IMG/VR virus record: IMGVR_UViG_3300032303_001078
Location: 1-30,610 of that record
Source: a virus
Lineage: Duplodnaviria > Caudoviricetes
DNA: 30,610 bases
Strand: one strand, 5' to 3'
The notes under the pieces are model-generated. The model saw only the letters and a program-made list of their open reading frames with translations. It searched no databases and had not been told where the DNA came from. This document shows, piece by piece, positions 26,447-30,610 of this stretch. Position numbers and translations under genes: made by a program. The first letter of the stretch is position 1, and each line of letters starts with the position of its first letter.

Positions 26447-27265
26447 ATGAACTCAAAAAATGTATTAAATAAGATATTATCACTTTTATCAAAAGATGAG
26501 GTGGTTTTAACTTATGCTAAATTAGCAGACGGTACTATCGTAGAATCAGCAACATTCGATGTAGGTGAAGACCTATTTGTAGTTTCAGAAGATGGAACTA
26601 AATCTCCAGCACCAAACGGATTTCACGATTTAATGTTAAAAGATTCAGAAGGTAACGAAACTCTTTTGAAAGTTAAAGCAGAAAATGGTAAAATTGTTGA
26701 AAGAGAGAATGTAGAAATGGAAGATGTAAAAACAGAATCTATCCCACAAGGAACAGGTGAAGAATTACCTGAGAATGTAAGACCTACACAACCTAATTCA
26801 GTTAAGTCTGGAACATTAAAAGCAGGTAAAGTAGATGAGAAAACTGTAAGTAAAGCAAACGAAACTGAAACTGCTAAAACAACAGGCGGTGCAATTAAAA
26901 TGCAAGAAACAGATGAAGAAGCATTACCAATCCCTGCAGACGAAGATAAGTCTATGGAAGATGAAGGTGAGAACCCAGAAATCGAAATAGAATTAGGCAA
27001 GTTAATGGAAAAGATGCAATACAGAATCGAAGAGATGGAAAAGAAAATGGCTAAGATGGAGACAATGTATCCACCAGTAGCATCTCAAGTAATTCAAGAA
27101 GAAGAAGGCATTAAGATGTCAGCTGATGAAGAAGAGTTACCAAAATTAGATGGTGCTCCAATCGAAGAAAATCCTGCATATAAATTTGCAGCAGAAAACA
27201 AAAAAACTTATGGTAAGAAAGAAAAGAACTCACAATCTAACTTCTTATCTAAACTTTATAATTAA
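26447..27265 (+). CDS. Capsid scaffolding protein
   Basis: Acidic 272-aa protein immediately before the capsid gene; L.DGT..E, PAPNG.H.L.D motifs and a coiled coil. Confidence 0.7.
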   Translation: MNSKNVLNKILSLLSKDEVVLTYAKLADGTIVESATFDVGEDLFVVSEDGTKSPAPNGFHDLMLKDSEGNETLLKVKAENGKIVERENVEMEDVKTESIPQGTGEELPENVRPTQPNSVKSGTLKAGKVDEKTVSKANETETAKTTGGAIKMQETDEEALPIPADEDKSMEDEGENPEIEIELGKLMEKMQYRIEEMEKKMAKMETMYPPVASQVIQEEEGIKMSADEEELPKLDGAPIEENPAYKFAAENKKTYGKKEKNSQSNFLSKLYN

Positions 27266-27294
27266 AATAATTAACAATTTTCAAAAAGAAAACA

Positions 27295-28308
27295 ATGAAA
27301 AAATTTCAAAACTTTGCAAATCCAACAATAACTGCAACTACCTACGCGGGTGAAGCAGCTTCTGGATATATTGCAGCAGCATTGTTATCTGCAACTACTT
27401 TGGACAACAAATTAGTTACTATCATGCCAAACGTGAAGTACAAATCTGTAATCCAAAAATTAGCAGTAGCAAACTTAGTTAATGACGCATCTTGCGATTT
27501 CATTACTAACACAGGTTCAGTAACTATCTCTGAACAAATCTTAGTTCCAAAAGAACTACAAGTAAACATCCAATTATGTAAGCAAGAATTTGTTGCATCT
27601 TGGGAGGCTTTACAATTAGGTTTCTCAGCATTTGATGAGATTCCAAAATCTTTCAACGATTACTTAGTATCTTATGTAGGTGGTGTAGTTGCACAAGCAA
27701 CTGAAGAATCTATCTGGCAAGGTGACTTAGTAGGTGCTGTTGCTAACAACGTATCAACTAATGGTGAATTCGTTGGTTTCGAAGCTAGATTCTCTGCATC
27801 AGTTGCAGCGGGTGGAGCAACTGCAGTATTACCTGCAAGAACATCTGGAACAGGTGCTATCATTTCTGGTAGTGTAACTACTTCAAATGTTATCTCAATC
27901 TTAGATGCAGTTTACCAAACAATCCCTAAGACTGTATTCGGTAAGCAAGATTTATTAATCTATGTATCTACTGATGTAGCTAAAGATTATCAATCAGCAT
28001 TAGCTGGTGGTGGTGCAAGTGGATTAGGTGCTAATGGTTTCAACAATCAATTGAACGTAGGTGAAAAGCCAATGAACTTCAATGGTATTGAAATGGTAAT
28101 GTGTCCTGGTATGACTACGAACAAAATTGTTGCAGCTCAAAAATCTAACTTGTTCTTCGGTACAGGTTTATTATCTGACTACAATACTGTAAAGGTATTA
28201 GATATGGCAGACATTGATGGTTCTCAAAATTACAGAATTATCATGAGATACACTGCTGGTACTCAGTTCGGTGTTGGTCAAGATATCGTATACTACGGAG
28301 CTTACTAA
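27295..28308 (+). CDS. Major capsid protein
   Basis: TYAGEAASGYIAAALLS, PNVKYK, NLFFGTGLLSD and DGSQNYRIIMR motifs; codon usage of a highly expressed gene; followed by a terminator. Confidence 0.85.
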   Translation: MKKFQNFANPTITATTYAGEAASGYIAAALLSATTLDNKLVTIMPNVKYKSVIQKLAVANLVNDASCDFITNTGSVTISEQILVPKELQVNIQLCKQEFVASWEALQLGFSAFDEIPKSFNDYLVSYVGGVVAQATEESIWQGDLVGAVANNVSTNGEFVGFEARFSASVAAGGATAVLPARTSGTGAIISGSVTTSNVISILDAVYQTIPKTVFGKQDLLIYVSTDVAKDYQSALAGGGASGLGANGFNNQLNVGEKPMNFNGIEMVMCPGMTTNKIVAAQKSNLFFGTGLLSDYNTVKVLDMADIDGSQNYRIIMRYTAGTQFGVGQDIVYYGAY

Positions 28309-28318
28309 AAAAATAATT

Positions 28319-28347
28319 AAAGGGTGGGTTAAACACTCACCCTTTTT
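28319..28347 (+). terminator. Intrinsic terminator after the capsid gene
   Basis: AAAGGGTGGGT-TAAAC-ACTCACCCTTT-TT. Confidence 0.8.
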
Positions 28348-28372
28348 AATAACAAAATTAAAAACTTAACAT

Positions 28373-28939
28373 ATGCCATGTAATTTATCAGCTGGAAGAA
28401 ACGAAGTTTGTAAAGAATCGATTGGTGGACTTCAAGGAGTTTACTTCTTAAACTACCCAACGGGTATTTCAGGTTCTTCAACCACTTCTTTCACTAAGAA
28501 TCAAACAACTGGAGAGATTACATCTCTTTCAGGCTCAACTGTATACTATTATCAGTTGAAAGGAACTTCGGCATATACTGAAACAGTAAACTCATCTCGT
28601 GAGAACGGTACAACTTTCTTTAATCAAGAGATTGTATTGAACTTAAAGAAGTTAACTAATGAAATGACTACTCAGTTAAAGCTTATGGCTTATGGTAGAC
28701 CTCAAATCATTTTGTGGACTAACAACGGAGATGCATTATTAGCAGGTGAACAATTAGGATGTGATTTAACAGCAGGTACAATTTCAACAGGAGCAGCATT
28801 GGGTGACCTTTATGGTTATTCAATCACAATGACTGGTATGGAAAAATTACCTGCAGCTTTCTTATCAGGCTCTACAACAACTAATGCATTTGCAGGATTG
28901 ACAGTAGCACCAACTATTGTTTACGGAAGTCCAGCTTAA
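28373..28939 (+). CDS. Major tail (tube) protein
   Basis: C.L..GR...CK.SIGG, SRENGTTFF.Q and TGAALGDL.GY motifs. Confidence 0.75.
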   Translation: MPCNLSAGRNEVCKESIGGLQGVYFLNYPTGISGSSTTSFTKNQTTGEITSLSGSTVYYYQLKGTSAYTETVNSSRENGTTFFNQEIVLNLKKLTNEMTTQLKLMAYGRPQIILWTNNGDALLAGEQLGCDLTAGTISTGAALGDLYGYSITMTGMEKLPAAFLSGSTTTNAFAGLTVAPTIVYGSPA

Positions 28940-28963
28940 TCAGTATAACGAAAAACATATTAG

Positions 28964-28996
28964 AAGGGATATTCTTAATTGAGTATCCCTTTTTTT
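28964..28996 (+). terminator. Intrinsic terminator after the tail tube gene
   Basis: AAGGGATATTC-TTAATT-GAGTATCCCTT-TTTTT. Confidence 0.85.
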
Positions 28997-29000
28997 GTTT

Positions 29001-29028
29001 TAACTATTTTGAAATAATACATTGTTAT
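29001..29028 (+). promoter_or_regulatory. Candidate late promoter of the portal operon
   Basis: TAACTA-N16-TGTTAT, immediately after a terminator. Confidence 0.65.
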
Positions 29029-29059
29029 TATTAGATAAACACAAGATAAATAATAGATA

Positions 29060-29443
29060 ATGTTAGCGTACCATCTTTCACAATCTAATGAATACACATT
29101 TAGAACTCAACCAACTGGTTCAAATCAGTTTACAATGAGTTTGCAAGATATGTTTACTTTAGAAAATTTAACTATGTCAATGGTAAGTATGTCTTATAAT
29201 GGATATGAATCATTTGTATCATTTACAGGAAGTATTAGTGGAACATATACTGGTGCTGAATATAGAGCAACACTTTATAATTCAGGTGCAGCTAGTGTAA
29301 TGTCTAATTCATCAGGAGATGCAATATGGCAAGGTTCAATTCAAGTATACCAATCTCAATCAGTAGATAAGTCAGTATACGAAAACCAAATACCACCAGT
29401 AACATCACACGCTAGCGAAAACAGATATATAATATTGGATTAA
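29060..29443 (+). CDS. Small structural protein upstream of portal
   Basis: 127-aa beta-rich ORF between tail tube and portal. Confidence 0.5.
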   Translation: MLAYHLSQSNEYTFRTQPTGSNQFTMSLQDMFTLENLTMSMVSMSYNGYESFVSFTGSISGTYTGAEYRATLYNSGAASVMSNSSGDAIWQGSIQVYQSQSVDKSVYENQIPPVTSHASENRYIILD

Positions 29444-29444
29444 T

Positions 29445-30610
29445 ATGAAACAACAACAGAACTTTGCAATTGTAAATGTAAATAACAATCAACTTCCATT
29501 CATAACGGAAGATACTAAAACTCGTCAAAACTGGATACCATTTGGTGTTTATGGACATGATGACTTTTTTGATGCAGTAACTATGACATTTAATGTATCA
29601 ACAACTAATGCTGCATGTATAGAAGGTATTGCTGACTTAATATATGGTAAGGGTGTATATTCTAAGAATCCTACATATGATAAGATTTTACAAAAATTAG
29701 TTCCACAAGAAGAAACTAAGAGAGTTGCATTTGATTTAAAACTTTATGGTAATGCATGTTATCAAGTATATTGGAATGATGACCATACACAAATAATTAA
29801 AATGTATCATATTCCTGTTCAATATATCAGAGCAGAGAAATTATTATCACATCCAAAGATTCAGAATTATTATTATTGTATTGATTGGAATGACCAAAAG
29901 AAAATAAAAGAAAAGAAAAAGATTCCTGCATTTGGAACTTCAAATGAAAAATGTGAAATACTTTACATTAAGAATTATAGTCCAAATTTATATTATTATA
30001 GTTTGCCTGATTGGGTTTCTGCAATGCAGTTTGCAGTTAGTGAAGGAGAGATATCTAATTTGCATTTAAATAACATTACGAACGGTTTCTTACCTGCAGT
30101 GATGTTGAACTTCAATAATGGTGTTCCCGCTCCTGAAGAGAGGGAAACTATCGAAGATTTAGTTCAAGCAAAATTCACAGGAACAGATAATGCAGGTAGA
30201 TTTATGTTATCTTTTAATGATGACCCTACAACTAAACCAACTTTAGACATTATTGATATTCCTAATTTGCATGAGAAGTATGATTATGTTGCAGAATATA
30301 CACAAGATAGAATCCTTGTTGCACATAGAGTAACTTCTCCTTTATTGTTTGGTATTAGAACAAAGAACAATGGTTTTAGTTCTCAAAGTGAAGAAATGAT
30401 GACTGCATTTAGTATCTTACAAACAATGACAATCTCTCCATTTCAAAGCTTAATCTTAAATTCTTTAGATGCAGCATTGGTACAAGGTGGATATGATGAA
30501 ATGGAATTATACTTTGAACAATTAACTCCATTAGTAATTCTTTCACAACAAGCAGAAGAAACTGGTAAGTCAGTTGCACAAGTTGAAGATGAAACTAATA
30601 AATCATTAGA
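29445..30610 (+). CDS. Portal protein (about 430 aa with 1-167 after circularisation; absent from ORF track)
   Basis: MKQQQNFA...STTNAACIEGIADLIYGKG...YYSLPDW...NNITNGFLP...KFTGTDNAGRF...AHRVTSPLLFGI. Confidence 0.9.
   Translation, partial: MKQQQNFAIVNVNNNQLPFITEDTKTRQNWIPFGVYGHDDFFDAVTMTFNVSTTNAACIEGIADLIYGKGVYSKNPTYDKILQKLVPQEETKRVAFDLKLYGNACYQVYWNDDHTQIIKMYHIPVQYIRAEKLLSHPKIQNYYYCIDWNDQKKIKEKKKIPAFGTSNEKCEILYIKNYSPNLYYYSLPDWVSAMQFAVSEGEISNLHLNNITNGFLPAVMLNFNNGVPAPEERETIEDLVQAKFTGTDNAGRFMLSFNDDPTTKPTLDIIDIPNLHEKYDYVAEYTQDRILVAHRVTSPLLFGIRTKNNGFSSQSEEMMTAFSILQTMTISPFQSLILNSLDAALVQGGYDEMELYFEQLTPLVILSQQAEETGKSVAQVEDETNKSL
30571..30610. repeat. 40-bp terminal direct repeat, right copy
   Basis: Identical to 1-40. 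Confidence 0.95.

Noticed and set aside
171-29443. Stop-codon reassignment (no accepted gene ends in TGA)
   Set aside because: Genes are intact and tile the genome under the standard code; TAA preference fits the AT content and no suppressor tRNA is seen

Overview
This window is an apparently complete, circularly permuted, AT-rich tailed phage genome of about 30.57 kb. Bases 1-40 are identical to 30571-30610, and the portal gene runs across the junction. It looks siphovirus-like, with a host probably in the Bacteroidota/FCB group: leaders are A-rich without Shine-Dalgarno sites, and promoters follow TTGG-N17-CGTATATT. A small divergent early region (about 15.8-21.6 kb) encodes an AAA+ ATPase, a DUF1376/YdaU-like replication initiator, two Zn-ribbon GIY-YIG proteins and a sigma-70/ECF-like factor. 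The rest is one long + strand morphogenesis region: terminases, a tail chaperone with a -1 frameshift site, scaffold, major capsid, tail tube, portal, neck, tail fibre, tail tip, tape measure and an XkdF-like protease. I recognise no integrase, DNA polymerase, helicase or endolysin. The most interesting signals are: (i) a fixed-spacing late-promoter motif in 7-8 copies; (ii) a promoter- and terminator-bounded structured RNA whose 12-nt loop recurs in a hairpin at the end of the opposite early operon and is complementary to early-gene start codons; (iii) TATG-N6-CATA operator/iteron arrays beside and inside the initiator gene; (iv) a pervasive [S/T]-[G/A/S]-S motif in virion proteins; and (v) a polyprotein-like head protein of three two-cysteine mini-domains. 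All family assignments come from motif recognition by eye, not database searches.
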